From Polyangiaceae bacterium (GTDB taxonomy: Bacteria > Myxococcota_A > Polyangia > Polyangiales > Polyangiaceae): 64,000 nt of DNA. Both the position numbers and the translations under genes were made by a program. This document shows, in pieces, positions 23,869 through 33,327 of the stretch (the stretch's first letter is position 1; each line of letters starts with the position of its first letter). The notes beneath the pieces are model-generated. The model was not told where the DNA came from. It made no database searches and worked only from the letters and a program-made list of their open reading frames with translations. The stretch spans positions 52,580 through 116,579 of the forward strand of contig JBILLK010000032.1 in NCBI GenBank assembly GCA_044376115.1, read 5' to 3'.

Positions 23869-24029
23869 GCGAACTCCTTGACGGACCTTGATGGGGCGAC
23901 CTCCGCCCCGGGACCGAAGATGAAAGATTGCGGGTTCTAATTGGGATCGTCAACCCTGGCCGGCGCAAAAACACCAACATTGGCTGGCATAGGCTTTGTT
24001 GCGCGTGGTGACGAGCCGGCCTCCGCTGA

Positions 24030-25595
24030 TCAAACGGGAAGGATTCCTCGTTTTTTGGCCGGCCTCTCGAGGTGTTTGTGTTGCGAGAGCTCGAGGCCCC
24101 AGGCGATGGCTCGGCGCGTATCCCGTGGATCAATAACGTCATCCACAAGGCCCCAACCGCCTACTTTGTAGATGTCGATCGCCTTTTGGATCTGCGCGAC
24201 GATGGCCTGCTTGATTTCGGGGCTCGGCTCGACGCCGCCAAACAGCTTGCGAGCCGCAATGCCGACCATGCCCTCCGGCCCCATCACGCTGATCTCAGCG
24301 GTAGGCCATGAAACGATCAGGTCCGGCTCGAAGGCGCGGCCGCACATGACGTAGTAGCCAGCGCCGTAGGCTTTGCGCACCAAGACCGAGATCTTCGGCA
24401 CAGTGGCAGCCGCCATCGCGTGGAGCATCTTGGCGCCGTGACGAATGATGCCGGCGTGCTCGACCTTGGAGCCGATCATGAAGCCGGGGACGTCCTGCAA
24501 GAACACCAACGGGATGTTGAAGGCGTCGCAGATCTGAATGAAGCGCGCGGCTTTGTCCGACGAATCGACGTCGAGAATGCCGCCCATTTGCATCGGTTGG
24601 TTGGCCAGCACGCCCACCGAACGACCGCCGATGCGAGCAAGACAGGTGATGATCGAGCGCGCGAACTTGGGTTTGATATCGAGGTAGTCACCGTCGTCGA
24701 CGATCGACTTGATCAGCTTGTACATGTCGTACGCGCGCCGCGGATTCTCAGGCAGCAGGTCGAGCAGCGACTCGTCGCGGCGGTCCACCGGATCAGCGCT
24801 GGTGATCAGCGGAGGATTCTCTTCGCAGCTCGAGGGGAAGTACGAGAGGTACTTTTTGACCAAGGCGATGCACTCGGCGTCATTGGCGACCTCCACGTCG
24901 CCTACGCCGCTCTTCGTCGTGTGCACCTTCGAGCCGCCGAGCTCCTGCTCGGAGATGTCTTCACCCGTCATCGCCTTCACCAGCGGCGGCCCGCCCAGCG
25001 CCATCGAGCCGATCTCCTTCACCATCGGGACGAAGTCGGCCAGGCCGGGGATGTAGGCTGTTCCGGCGGCACCGGGGCCAACCATCGCGGCGACCTGCGG
25101 GACCACGCCGCTCATGTGGACCTGCTCGCGAAAGAGATGGCCGCTCCCAGCGAATAGGCTGATCGCGTCGGGGTGTGTCGAGCCCGGGTCGATGCGAGCG
25201 CCCGCCGAATCGATGAACCAAACCATCGGCCAGCGCCCGCGCAGCGCCATTTGGCGCATGCGGCTGACCTTCTCTTCGCCGGTTTGACCGATGCTCCCGC
25301 CTTTGACCGTGAAGTCGTAAGCAGCGGCGCAAACCATCCGCCCATCGACCTTGCCGAAGCCGCAGATCACAGCGTCGGCCGCCGGCTTGTCGCTGGAGTC
25401 GGTGTTGGCGAAGCCCATCTGCGTACCGTGAATGCCGACCTCGAAGAAGACGCCGTCGTCGAAGAAGGCTTGGAACCGCTCGCGAGCCGTGAGCTTGCCG
25501 CGGTCGTGCTGCTTCTTCACCTTGTCTGCGCCGCCGAGCTCGCGAATCGCCGCTCGCCGAGCCTCGAGGTCCTTCACCAACTCGCGCATATCCAT
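24030..25595 (-). CDS. Acyl-CoA carboxylase carboxyltransferase (beta) subunit
   Basis: QHDRGKLTARER, YDFTVKGGS, DSAGARI, LGGSKVH, DVPGFMIG, RKAYGAGY, DDVIDPRDTR. Confidence 0.92.
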   Translation of the reverse strand: MDMRELVKDLEARRAAIRELGGADKVKKQHDRGKLTARERFQAFFDDGVFFEVGIHGTQMGFANTDSSDKPAADAVICGFGKVDGRMVCAAAYDFTVKGGSIGQTGEEKVSRMRQMALRGRWPMVWFIDSAGARIDPGSTHPDAISLFAGSGHLFREQVHMSGVVPQVAAMVGPGAAGTAYIPGLADFVPMVKEIGSMALGGPPLVKAMTGEDISEQELGGSKVHTTKSGVGDVEVANDAECIALVKKYLSYFPSSCEENPPLITSADPVDRRDESLLDLLPENPRRAYDMYKLIKSIVDDGDYLDIKPKFARSIITCLARIGGRSVGVLANQPMQMGGILDVDSSDKAARFIQICDAFNIPLVFLQDVPGFMIGSKVEHAGIIRHGAKMLHAMAAATVPKISVLVRKAYGAGYYVMCGRAFEPDLIVSWPTAEISVMGPEGMVGIAARKLFGGVEPSPEIKQAIVAQIQKAIDIYKVGGWGLVDDVIDPRDTRRAIAWGLELSQHKHLERPAKKRGILPV

Positions 25596-25606
25596 CGTGC
25601 TTCTCC

Positions 25607-26389
25607 TCAGCAGCCTTTCCAGGCCGGCGGTCGTTTCTCGAGAAAGGCCATCAAGCCTTCGCGAGCATCTTCAGTTGCGAGACAAGCCATGAGCCGATCT
25701 CGCAGATCGGGCAGCGCGGCCTCCAACGATAGGTCCTGGGTGGCAGCGTGCGCACGCAACCCGAGCCGGGTTGCGATCGGGCTCTTGGCCGCGAGCCGGC
25801 CAACCAGCGCATCCACGGCGCTGTCGAGCTCGGCGGCCGCAACCACCTGCGAAAGTAGCCCGAGACGCAGCGCCTCCTCGGCCGAGAACTTCTCACCGAG
25901 CAGCATCATCGACAGCAGCTGCCTCCGCGGCACGAGCCGCGCTAACACCGCCATGATCATCATCGGAAAGAGCCCAACGTCGATCTCCGGGGTACCGAGC
26001 TTCGCCGAGTCAACGGCCACAGCGAAGTGGCAGGACGCGACCAGCCCCAAGCCTCCGCCCATCGCGACGCCGTTCACCCGCGCAACCAGCGGTTTCTCGA
26101 AGCGTGCGAGGCGCAGCAGCAGGTCGGCGAAGTCACCCTTGTGCGGCAGCTCCTCGCCATCGCCGGATTGCATCGACGAAAAATCGCCACCCGCCGAAAA
26201 CGCGTTGCCCGCGCCGGTCAGCACCACGACGCGCACCTCGGGATCGGCGTCGGCGTCCTCGAGCGCATACAAGAGCTCGTTCACCATCAGCGGCCCGATG
26301 GCGTTCTTGCGCGCCTCGTTGTTCAGACAGAGCGTGGCGCGACCGCCCGCGGCAGTCACCACGAGCTTCTTGTAGGCGCGCTCAATCAT
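25607..26389 (-). CDS. Enoyl-CoA hydratase/crotonase family protein (methylglutaconyl-CoA hydratase-like)
   Basis: AFSAGGD, NGVAMGGGLGL, PEIDVGL, EGLMAFLEKRPP. Confidence 0.88.
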   Translation of the reverse strand: MIERAYKKLVVTAAGGRATLCLNNEARKNAIGPLMVNELLYALEDADADPEVRVVVLTGAGNAFSAGGDFSSMQSGDGEELPHKGDFADLLLRLARFEKPLVARVNGVAMGGGLGLVASCHFAVAVDSAKLGTPEIDVGLFPMMIMAVLARLVPRRQLLSMMLLGEKFSAEEALRLGLLSQVVAAAELDSAVDALVGRLAAKSPIATRLGLRAHAATQDLSLEAALPDLRDRLMACLATEDAREGLMAFLEKRPPAWKGC

Positions 26390-27309
26390 GCGCGCTCCGC
26401 CGGCAAACTGAGGATCTGCCGAGCCTCCTCGACGGTGGCGGGGCGGCGTCCGACGTCGCGCACCATGCGGGTGAGCACCTCAACAAGGTCACCGTTGTTG
26501 CGCGCCATTTCTCCGTTGGGCAGGTACAAATGGTCCTCGAGCCCGGTGCGCACGTTGCCCCCGAGAGCGAGAGCCGCAGCCATCATGCGCCAATGACCGT
26601 GGCTGATACCGATCACCTCCCACTCACTGCCAGCGGGCATCAACTTGGTCTGCAGCTGCAGCGACTCCACGTGGCCGGGAATGCCGCCGAGCACGTTGAC
26701 GATGAAAGAGAATTGCAGCGGCTGCTTGAGCACGCCCATGTCGAGCAACGGCCAGATCCCGTTGGTGTGGCCTGTATCAAAGCACTCGAGTTCGGGCTTC
26801 ACGCCCGCAGCGTTCATCGCCTCGAGCAGCTTGATGATCTTCGAGTAGGTGTTCGGGAACACCATGTCGAAGTCGAACTGCTTCCGTTTGTTGGAGTACT
26901 TCGAGTAGTTCATCGTGCCCATGTTGAGCGCGGCGATCTCAGGCCGAAGGTCGCGGATGATGCTGGTCTGCTCACTCACATCGTCGAACAAGGTCCCGGT
27001 GGAGAAGTTGAGCAAGACCGGGCAACGAGCGACGATCTCGTCGCGGATCTGACGGAACACCGCGGGCGAGAACGTGGGCGAGCCGTCGTCGTTGCGCGCG
27101 TGGATGTGAACGACACTGGCGCCTGCGTCGTACGCACGCTTGGCCTCTTCAGCGATCTCGACCGGCGTGTACGGGATGCCGGGGCACTGTTTGCGCGTCG
27201 CCAGCACGCCGCTGAGCGCACAGGTGACGACGCACAGATCCGGATCTCGCTTGGACGGATCACGCTTTGCCCCAGTAAACGTCGGCCGTTCTCGTTCAAT
27301 CGCGCTCAT
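26386..27309 (-). CDS. Beta-keto acid cleavage enzyme (BKACE/Kce, DUF849) family protein
   Basis: VTCALSG, PYTPVEIAEEA, AGAS.VHIHAR (Zn ligands), LNMGTMN, KPELECFD, GGNVRTGLED; AAAGGA RBS before ATG 27309. Confidence 0.92.
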   Translation of the reverse strand: MSAIERERPTFTGAKRDPSKRDPDLCVVTCALSGVLATRKQCPGIPYTPVEIAEEAKRAYDAGASVVHIHARNDDGSPTFSPAVFRQIRDEIVARCPVLLNFSTGTLFDDVSEQTSIIRDLRPEIAALNMGTMNYSKYSNKRKQFDFDMVFPNTYSKIIKLLEAMNAAGVKPELECFDTGHTNGIWPLLDMGVLKQPLQFSFIVNVLGGIPGHVESLQLQTKLMPAGSEWEVIGISHGHWRMMAAALALGGNVRTGLEDHLYLPNGEMARNNGDLVEVLTRMVRDVGRRPATVEEARQILSLPAERA

Positions 27310-27338
27310 GGCGTTCCTTTCGCTGGGAAGACCCAGGC

Positions 27339-27839
27339 TCATGTTTCGGCGTCGGGAGTCAGCTCGCCGGCGCCCTTCTCTCGCTCGCGAACGATGCCGC
27401 GCACGCGTTTTCCAAGCTTCGAAAGCACCCGCAGCAGGTCCGAGGTGTCCTCTCGTGAGAGCGTGGCGAGCACCATCCTGAAAATCGACAGTGGCTCCAC
27501 GTGCACGTCGCTGGCGACGCGCTTCCCTTTTTCAGTCAGTCGGATGAAAACCACCCGGCGGTCGCTGGTGCTGCGCTCGCGAACCACCAACTCCTCCCGC
27601 TCCATGCGGTCGATGATGCCGGTCACCGTGCTGTTTTGAGCTCGAATACGCTCGCTCAGCGACGAGAGCGAGAGGTCGCCGAAGGTGTCCAGCAGCTTGA
27701 TCACCGTTAGCTGCGGACCGGTGAGCCCGACCTCGCGCGCCGCCAGCTTCGTCAATCGCCGAGACTCTGTGTACAGGTACACGATGGTCTCGATGATTGC
27801 GTCGAGCTCGGCCTTCGCATCGTTGTCTCGTTCCAACAT
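27339..27839 (-). CDS. MarR family transcriptional regulator
   Basis: GLTGPQ, STVTGIIDRME, SDRRVVFIRLTEKG winged-helix signature. Confidence 0.92.
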   Translation of the reverse strand: MLERDNDAKAELDAIIETIVYLYTESRRLTKLAAREVGLTGPQLTVIKLLDTFGDLSLSSLSERIRAQNSTVTGIIDRMEREELVVRERSTSDRRVVFIRLTEKGKRVASDVHVEPLSIFRMVLATLSREDTSDLLRVLSKLGKRVRGIVREREKGAGELTPDAET

Positions 27840-27863
27840 TGCCGGTGCGTTCGCTCCAATTAG

Positions 27864-27890
27864 TTAGCACACGAAGTATTCGCATACGAA
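27864..27890. promoter_or_regulatory. Candidate MarR operator: two tandem imperfect palindromes
   Basis: TTAGCACACGAA (27864-27875) and TTCGCATACGAA (27879-27890), 25-51 nt upstream of the MarR start. Confidence 0.4.
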
Positions 27891-27972
27891 CCCTTCGTCA
27901 AGAAACTTTCTCCGCCGTTGGAACCAAAGACAATTTGCTAATCAGGGGTTTGCGTCCGCTATCCTGGACCCA

Positions 27973-30123
27973 ATGTTCCCTGCGGAGCCGGTGCCGGACC
28001 GAATCGGCGCCTACGAAATCCTCAAGCGCGTTGGCAAGGTTGGTACGGCCGACGTGTACTCCGCGCGGATGCAAGGGCCGCTTGAGTTCACCCGCGAAGT
28101 GACGCTCAAGCTCGTGCCCTTCGGCGTTGAGGAAGACGCACGAACAGCTGAAGAGCTGGGTCGAGAGGCGTTGATTTGCGCGCGGCTCAATCACCCCGTC
28201 GTCGTGCGAATGTTCGACTTCTTCGAGCACGATCGACGTCTCGTCCTGGTGCTCGAGCAGGTAGAAGGAGCGAGTCTCGACCGCTTGCTCAGCCACCTCA
28301 AGCGTCGCAAGCAGACCCTCTCCGACCACTCGGTCTTCTTCATCGCAGCGCAGATCGCCTCGGCGCTCGCGCATGCCCACGCAACCACCGACGAGGGCGG
28401 AAGCCTTTCGCCGATCATCCATCGCGACATCAAACCCGAGAACGTGATGATCGGGTGGGACGGCTCGGTTCGGCTTTCGGGCTTTGGTTTGGGCAAGATC
28501 CTCGGACGCACGCCGGACTCGGTGGCTGGGACGGTGCGCGGCACGCCGGGCTACATGGCGCCGGAGCAGGTCCGAGGCGAACGAGCGACGGTTCGCAGCG
28601 ACGTTTACGGTCTTGGTGTGCTGCTTTGGGCGATGTTGACGGGTCAAGAGCCGCCGCTCGACGGAGTGCGGCCAACGCCGATCGCTGAGGCCCGGCCAGA
28701 TTTACCGCGTGAGCTGCACGCAGCGATCGACGCGGCGCTCGAGCCGGCCACCGACAAGCGGCGCATCACCTGCGCCGATCTAGCGCAGTGGTTGATCAAG
28801 CTGGCGAAGATCGAGACCGGGCGAGAAGAGCTGCGCAACAAGGTCCTGTGGCTGCGAGCCGCGCGGGGCCCCGCCGGCAAGCTCGATGCTACGGCTAAGC
28901 CGCCGCGCGGCCCCCACCGCCGGCAGGCCATTCAAGCCAGCCGCCCGGTACGCCGGCTTTCCTCGCGCCCGCCTTCGGGCTGGCCAAAGAGTTCGCGTTC
29001 GCGGCCGTCCACGGGCGCGCCTCCTCCGAGCGCGCGACCGGTCTCTGTGCGGGAAGGCTCGGGGCTCCTCCGCATTCCGCCGCCGCCCAATCTGCCCGAG
29101 GACGCGAAGCTCGATTCATCTCGCTCGGCGGACGGCTTCCAATCGATCGACGTCTCGCGCTCGTTGGTGCCGCGCCCGTCGGTTCGACCGCAGAGCAAAG
29201 GCTCGACCATGCCGCCATCGCGCGACCTCGAGCTGCCGCGGGTCAACGTGCGAACCGTCTCGGCGCCGCCGCCGCCGCGAACGCTGGCCCCAGGGCGAAA
29301 AACCGGCGCGCCGGATCCAGCCTCCGCACTCGAACAAGGTTGGCCCGTCGAGCTCGGTGCACCTCGCTTGCCAACGTTCGGGGCACCGCCCGCTTCCTTC
29401 GGCAATGAGATCACCGGCCAGTGGGAAGGCAAGACGAAGGACAGCGACCTGCCGGGCTTCGTCCCGCCTGACTTACGCGCCCCCGAACTGAGCGCCCTGC
29501 AGAGCGAAATCACGTCGCAAGTCGCCGTACCAACCTCGACCGATTCGACCTTGGGCGGGTCAATTACTTCGAGGCCGACCGCACCGAGCAACACCTTTCC
29601 GCTCGCGATGCAGATCATCTTGGCGACGCTGACCGCCGCGTTGGTTGTCGCGCTCGGCCTGCTGCTGCTGCGCAAAGATCAGACGCCGCCGGCACCGCAA
29701 ATCGTCACCGTTGAAGTTGCGCGCAATCAAGAACCGCCGCGCCGGGAGGCACCGCCAGTGGAGCAGCCGCCGCCACCACTACCCGCGCCGGTCGCTCCAA
29801 CGCCGGACCCCAACAAGGGAGGCTTGCCGGGCATCCCTGACGCGACGTCGCTGGGTGACAACCTCGGGTACCTGGTGGTGAAGGGGCCATCCACGATGGA
29901 CGTCTACTTGAACGGCCAACGTCGCGGACCCACCAACGAGCCGCTGGCGGTCCCTTGCGGTCACTTCTTCCTGCGCCTCGCGCCAGCCGCGACCGAAGCT
30001 CCGCGGTTCCCGACCTGGTACGGCCCGGGGCAAAGCGTCTTCGTGGCCTGCCGCTCCGCCACCGTCATGTCGGCGAAGCTCCCGCCCGCAGCGCCCGAAG
30101 GCACGGGCACCGTCGGGCTCTAA
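27973..30123 (+). CDS. Membrane-anchored Hanks-type Ser/Thr protein kinase, probable pseudokinase
   Basis: VTLK, HRDIKPEN, GTPGYMAPEQ, SDVYGLG present; DFG replaced by GFG and P-loop degenerate; Pro-rich linker, TM helix, PEGA-like C-terminus. Confidence 0.88.
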   Translation: MFPAEPVPDRIGAYEILKRVGKVGTADVYSARMQGPLEFTREVTLKLVPFGVEEDARTAEELGREALICARLNHPVVVRMFDFFEHDRRLVLVLEQVEGASLDRLLSHLKRRKQTLSDHSVFFIAAQIASALAHAHATTDEGGSLSPIIHRDIKPENVMIGWDGSVRLSGFGLGKILGRTPDSVAGTVRGTPGYMAPEQVRGERATVRSDVYGLGVLLWAMLTGQEPPLDGVRPTPIAEARPDLPRELHAAIDAALEPATDKRRITCADLAQWLIKLAKIETGREELRNKVLWLRAARGPAGKLDATAKPPRGPHRRQAIQASRPVRRLSSRPPSGWPKSSRSRPSTGAPPPSARPVSVREGSGLLRIPPPPNLPEDAKLDSSRSADGFQSIDVSRSLVPRPSVRPQSKGSTMPPSRDLELPRVNVRTVSAPPPPRTLAPGRKTGAPDPASALEQGWPVELGAPRLPTFGAPPASFGNEITGQWEGKTKDSDLPGFVPPDLRAPELSALQSEITSQVAVPTSTDSTLGGSITSRPTAPSNTFPLAMQIILATLTAALVVALGLLLLRKDQTPPAPQIVTVEVARNQEPPRREAPPVEQPPPPLPAPVAPTPDPNKGGLPGIPDATSLGDNLGYLVVKGPSTMDVYLNGQRRGPTNEPLAVPCGHFFLRLAPAATEAPRFPTWYGPGQSVFVACRSATVMSAKLPPAAPEGTGTVGL

Positions 30124-30249
30124 ACAACGTCGAGCCGGTGTAGCGGCAGACGTTGCGACGGCGGACTCGGTCCGCCGGAATCGCGCTGGGCTCAAGCGAT
30201 GGCAGCACCCTTGTGCTGCCACTTGGTCACGAGCCGCTTGCGCGCGGGT

Positions 30250-30636
30250 TCAGCGAACTTCTTCTTCCTCTTCTTCCTCTTCTTCGAGGTCGTCGTCGTC
30301 CTCATCGTCATCGTCATCGAGACTGACGTCTTCTTCAGCGTCGTCAGCGTCCTCATCACGAGCCTCATGCTTGAGGTCGATGCCAATGTCAGCGAGCTGG
30401 GTCTCGAGCAACTCGAAGAGCTCATCGGCGTCATCCCCATTCCAGTCGTCCAAGATGTCCGACAGGAACTCGAAGAAGTCACCGTTGCTCAACCGCCGCT
30501 CGATCTCTTCGACCTGCTCCTCGGTAAAGGCTTCTAGAATGTCCTCCCGAAGGGATTCAGTATCCCCCTCCTCAATCGCGTCAGCTGCGGAGAGACGGAT
30601 TTGGCGGACGGCACGCTTGTCGAGAAAAATCTCCAT
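30250..30636 (-). CDS. Highly acidic hypothetical protein
   Basis: 128 aa, about 44% Asp+Glu by hand count. Confidence 0.7.
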   Translation of the reverse strand: MEIFLDKRAVRQIRLSAADAIEEGDTESLREDILEAFTEEQVEEIERRLSNGDFFEFLSDILDDWNGDDADELFELLETQLADIGIDLKHEARDEDADDAEEDVSLDDDDDEDDDDLEEEEEEEEEVR

Positions 30637-30809
30637 GAGCTTGTCGGGGGGTTTATGCAATTTCTGGTGGCGACGTCAAGCGAAGCGCGTGCAACACACA
30701 AACAAGTCTCGTCTTTGGTACTTCCAAAGCGGAATGCCAGGTGTAACTTTTGACCTCGATGCGATGGATCCCGCGCTGCACTGCCGACGAAGGCAGACGC
30801 AGCGACCCA

Positions 30810-31511
30810 ATGAGTGAACCGGGCCTACCAGCGGTAAGGCTGCTGGTCGGCCTGCTGTTTGCTGCCGTGCATCCTGCAACTGCGCACGGGATTGAAACCA
30901 CGCCCGATGATCCAGCCGTCACGAAAGACCGTGAGGCGCCAGAACCGCACGTTCCGCCGCGTCCACCGAGCCCGCTGGAGGTGGACTACGCCCAATACGG
31001 AGTGGCGTTGAGCGGGGAGCTGCTGATCGATGCAGGGGCGATCTGCCCTTCGGACGCGACCACGCCCTGCATCGTCGAATCGGGCGCCGGGCCGCTGCTG
31101 CGCGGTGGCTATCGCCCGGCAGGTCCTTGGTACATCGGCGGCGCCTACCAGTTCACCAAACTGGAATCGAACAACCTTTACCGGCTCGGCATCATGCAGG
31201 CGCTGTACGCGGAAGGCCGCTTCTACTTCGACGTGGGCGTGCGGGTGACGCCCTACATAACGTGGGCGCTCGGTGGGGCCATCTACGGCAACGAGTTCAG
31301 CGCTCAGACCGGCGGCGCCTTGACCAACCTTGGGGCGGGCTTCGAGTTTGAGGTCTCGCGCTTCGCGGTGGTCGGGCTCACAGCCGCTTATGAGCCGGTT
31401 TTGTTTGCAGCCTTTCAAGATTCCACGACGCAAGAACGAAATGCGGGGGTCACGCAGTTCGCCAAACTTTCGCTGGTGGTGGAGCTGCGCAGCGAGTTAA
31501 CGAGAGAATGA
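30810..31511 (+). CDS. Hypothetical outer-membrane beta-barrel-like protein
   Basis: Signal peptide (ATAHG), alternating aromatic/Gly beta-strands (WYIGGAYQF, GAGFEFEV). Confidence 0.65.
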   Translation: MSEPGLPAVRLLVGLLFAAVHPATAHGIETTPDDPAVTKDREAPEPHVPPRPPSPLEVDYAQYGVALSGELLIDAGAICPSDATTPCIVESGAGPLLRGGYRPAGPWYIGGAYQFTKLESNNLYRLGIMQALYAEGRFYFDVGVRVTPYITWALGGAIYGNEFSAQTGGALTNLGAGFEFEVSRFAVVGLTAAYEPVLFAAFQDSTTQERNAGVTQFAKLSLVVELRSELTRE

Positions 31512-31533
31512 CGACCAGGTTGCAAACTCGTAC

Positions 31534-33327
31534 TTGACGAAAGTTCCGCATCGCGGTCGCATCGGCGCGGTGGTTTGCGATGTCTGCGGGCGCGACAACC
31601 CGGATCGTCTTCTTTATTGCCAGGACTGCGGCAAGCGTCTGAAAGCGCCTTCTGCTTCCGGTCCTGAATCAACGCGGCGCTCACGACCTGAGGCCCCTGC
31701 GTTTTCCTTCGGCCCAGCCGATACGCCCGCCCCCAAGATGACAAAAGTAGAGGAAGTGCCCAAGCCCGCCCCCGGACACTGCTCGACTTGCGGTGCGGAC
31801 AACCCGCCGAAGTATCGCTTCTGCGCGGTGTGCGGCGGCACGATTGAGCCGGCGGCGGCTGCGCCTGCAGCGGTGGCTGCGCCTGCCCCAGCGCCCGCAG
31901 CAGCGCCAGTTGCTGCTGCGCCAGTCGCGGCGCCCATCCCGGTTGCAGCGCCGGCCCCGGTTACAGCGCCAATCGCAGCGCCGGTAGCCGTCGCAGCCCA
32001 CGTTGAAACGCCGGAGCTCTCTGCGCTTCCGGGTCCGCCTGTCGTAGGGTCTCCCGTCGTGCCGATCGCCGGTCCGACGGTGAGCGTGCCGGTCTCCAAG
32101 GCATGTCCACGCTGCCAGGGCGCCAACGATGAGGCCGCGCGCTTCTGCAAGTATTGCGGCTGCGCGCTCTCGCGCGAGCAACAGGCGTCGTCGGCCCCGG
32201 CCGTGCGCCGCGTCAACACGCCCGTGCTCGTTGAGGCTCCCAAAGCCCCGGCTGCCGCCGCCCCCGTGATCTCCAAGCCCGACGTCGGGCTCGTTCAACC
32301 CGCTGCCCATTCGCACGCGATGCCGGTGCCTTCGGTGCAGGTCGCTGCAGTGTCGGTGGTCCCGATGGCAACTGCGCAGGTGGCGGTGGTGCCGGTGGCA
32401 GAGGCCTCTGTGGCGGTGGCTCCCAGTGCGGACCCGCTCGGGGTTCGAGCCGCGCCAGTCGTGGAGAAGACGGGTCCACACCCGCTCGTAGGAGCCTCCG
32501 AAATTGCGGCCAAACTACGACAACCGGCGAGCCAACTCGGGGTGCCCAAGCAGCTCTTGAGCGATGAGAAGCCGACCGCCGACACGCGGGATACACGCGC
32601 CAAAGCCCCGGAGCGTGTGGAGCGCGCAGATCCGACGAGGCTCGGTCTACCGCGGACGGAAGAGCGAGCCACACGGCGCGCTGCGTTGGTCGTCGTGGTT
32701 GAAGACGGCAGCGACGGGCGGGCGTTCGAGCTGCAGAGTGAAGACTCGACGATCGGTCGGTTGCAGGGGGAAATCCTGCTTTTCGATGATCCTTTCGTGT
32801 CACCGCGGCACGCCATTGTTTCGCAACGCGACGGCAAATGGTTCATCCGAGACCTGGATTCGCTCAACCACGTTTATCTGCGCGCACGTGGCCGCCGCGC
32901 TTTGCAAAACGGCGACTTGATTCTGTTGGGCTCGCAGGTGTTAGAGTTTCACTTGGTGAGCGAGGAAGAGCGGCTGGGGACCCCGGCCATCCAGCACGGG
33001 ACCCGGGTGTTCGGCAGCAAGCCCGTTCCAAGAATCGCGCGTCTCGAGCAACGGACGGTCGCGGGCCTGGTTGGTGACGTGTACCATCTCCACCGTGACG
33101 AGACCGTGCTTGGTCGCGAAGTCGGCGACATCGTATTTACGGCCGATGCGTTTCTTTCGAGGAGACACGCGTCCATCCGCAGAGATCCCGCCTCGGGGTC
33201 CTTCTCCATCGAAGATCTCGATTCGTCGAACGGCACTTATGTCGCGATCCGAAAAGAGGCCCAGCTGAGCTCGAACGACAAGTTGCGCGTTGGACAGCAC
33301 TTGTTCCGCTTTGAGAGCCGATCATGA
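31534..33327 (+). CDS. Zinc-ribbon and tandem FHA domain protein
   Basis: Three CxxC-x10-CxxC ribbons; two FHA domains (IGR..VSPRHA..DLDSLN; LGR..LSRRHA..DLDSSNGT). Confidence 0.88.
   Translation: MTKVPHRGRIGAVVCDVCGRDNPDRLLYCQDCGKRLKAPSASGPESTRRSRPEAPAFSFGPADTPAPKMTKVEEVPKPAPGHCSTCGADNPPKYRFCAVCGGTIEPAAAAPAAVAAPAPAPAAAPVAAAPVAAPIPVAAPAPVTAPIAAPVAVAAHVETPELSALPGPPVVGSPVVPIAGPTVSVPVSKACPRCQGANDEAARFCKYCGCALSREQQASSAPAVRRVNTPVLVEAPKAPAAAAPVISKPDVGLVQPAAHSHAMPVPSVQVAAVSVVPMATAQVAVVPVAEASVAVAPSADPLGVRAAPVVEKTGPHPLVGASEIAAKLRQPASQLGVPKQLLSDEKPTADTRDTRAKAPERVERADPTRLGLPRTEERATRRAALVVVVEDGSDGRAFELQSEDSTIGRLQGEILLFDDPFVSPRHAIVSQRDGKWFIRDLDSLNHVYLRARGRRALQNGDLILLGSQVLEFHLVSEEERLGTPAIQHGTRVFGSKPVPRIARLEQRTVAGLVGDVYHLHRDETVLGREVGDIVFTADAFLSRRHASIRRDPASGSFSIEDLDSSNGTYVAIRKEAQLSSNDKLRVGQHLFRFESRS

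Noticed and set aside
25173..27639. Long plus-strand ORFs (25173-26375, 26104-27639) and similar shadows (19583-20977, 39377-40729, 47424-48659, 51755-52957)
   Set aside because: Antisense to well-supported genes, with Arg/Ala/Ser-biased composition typical of GC-rich shadow ORFs
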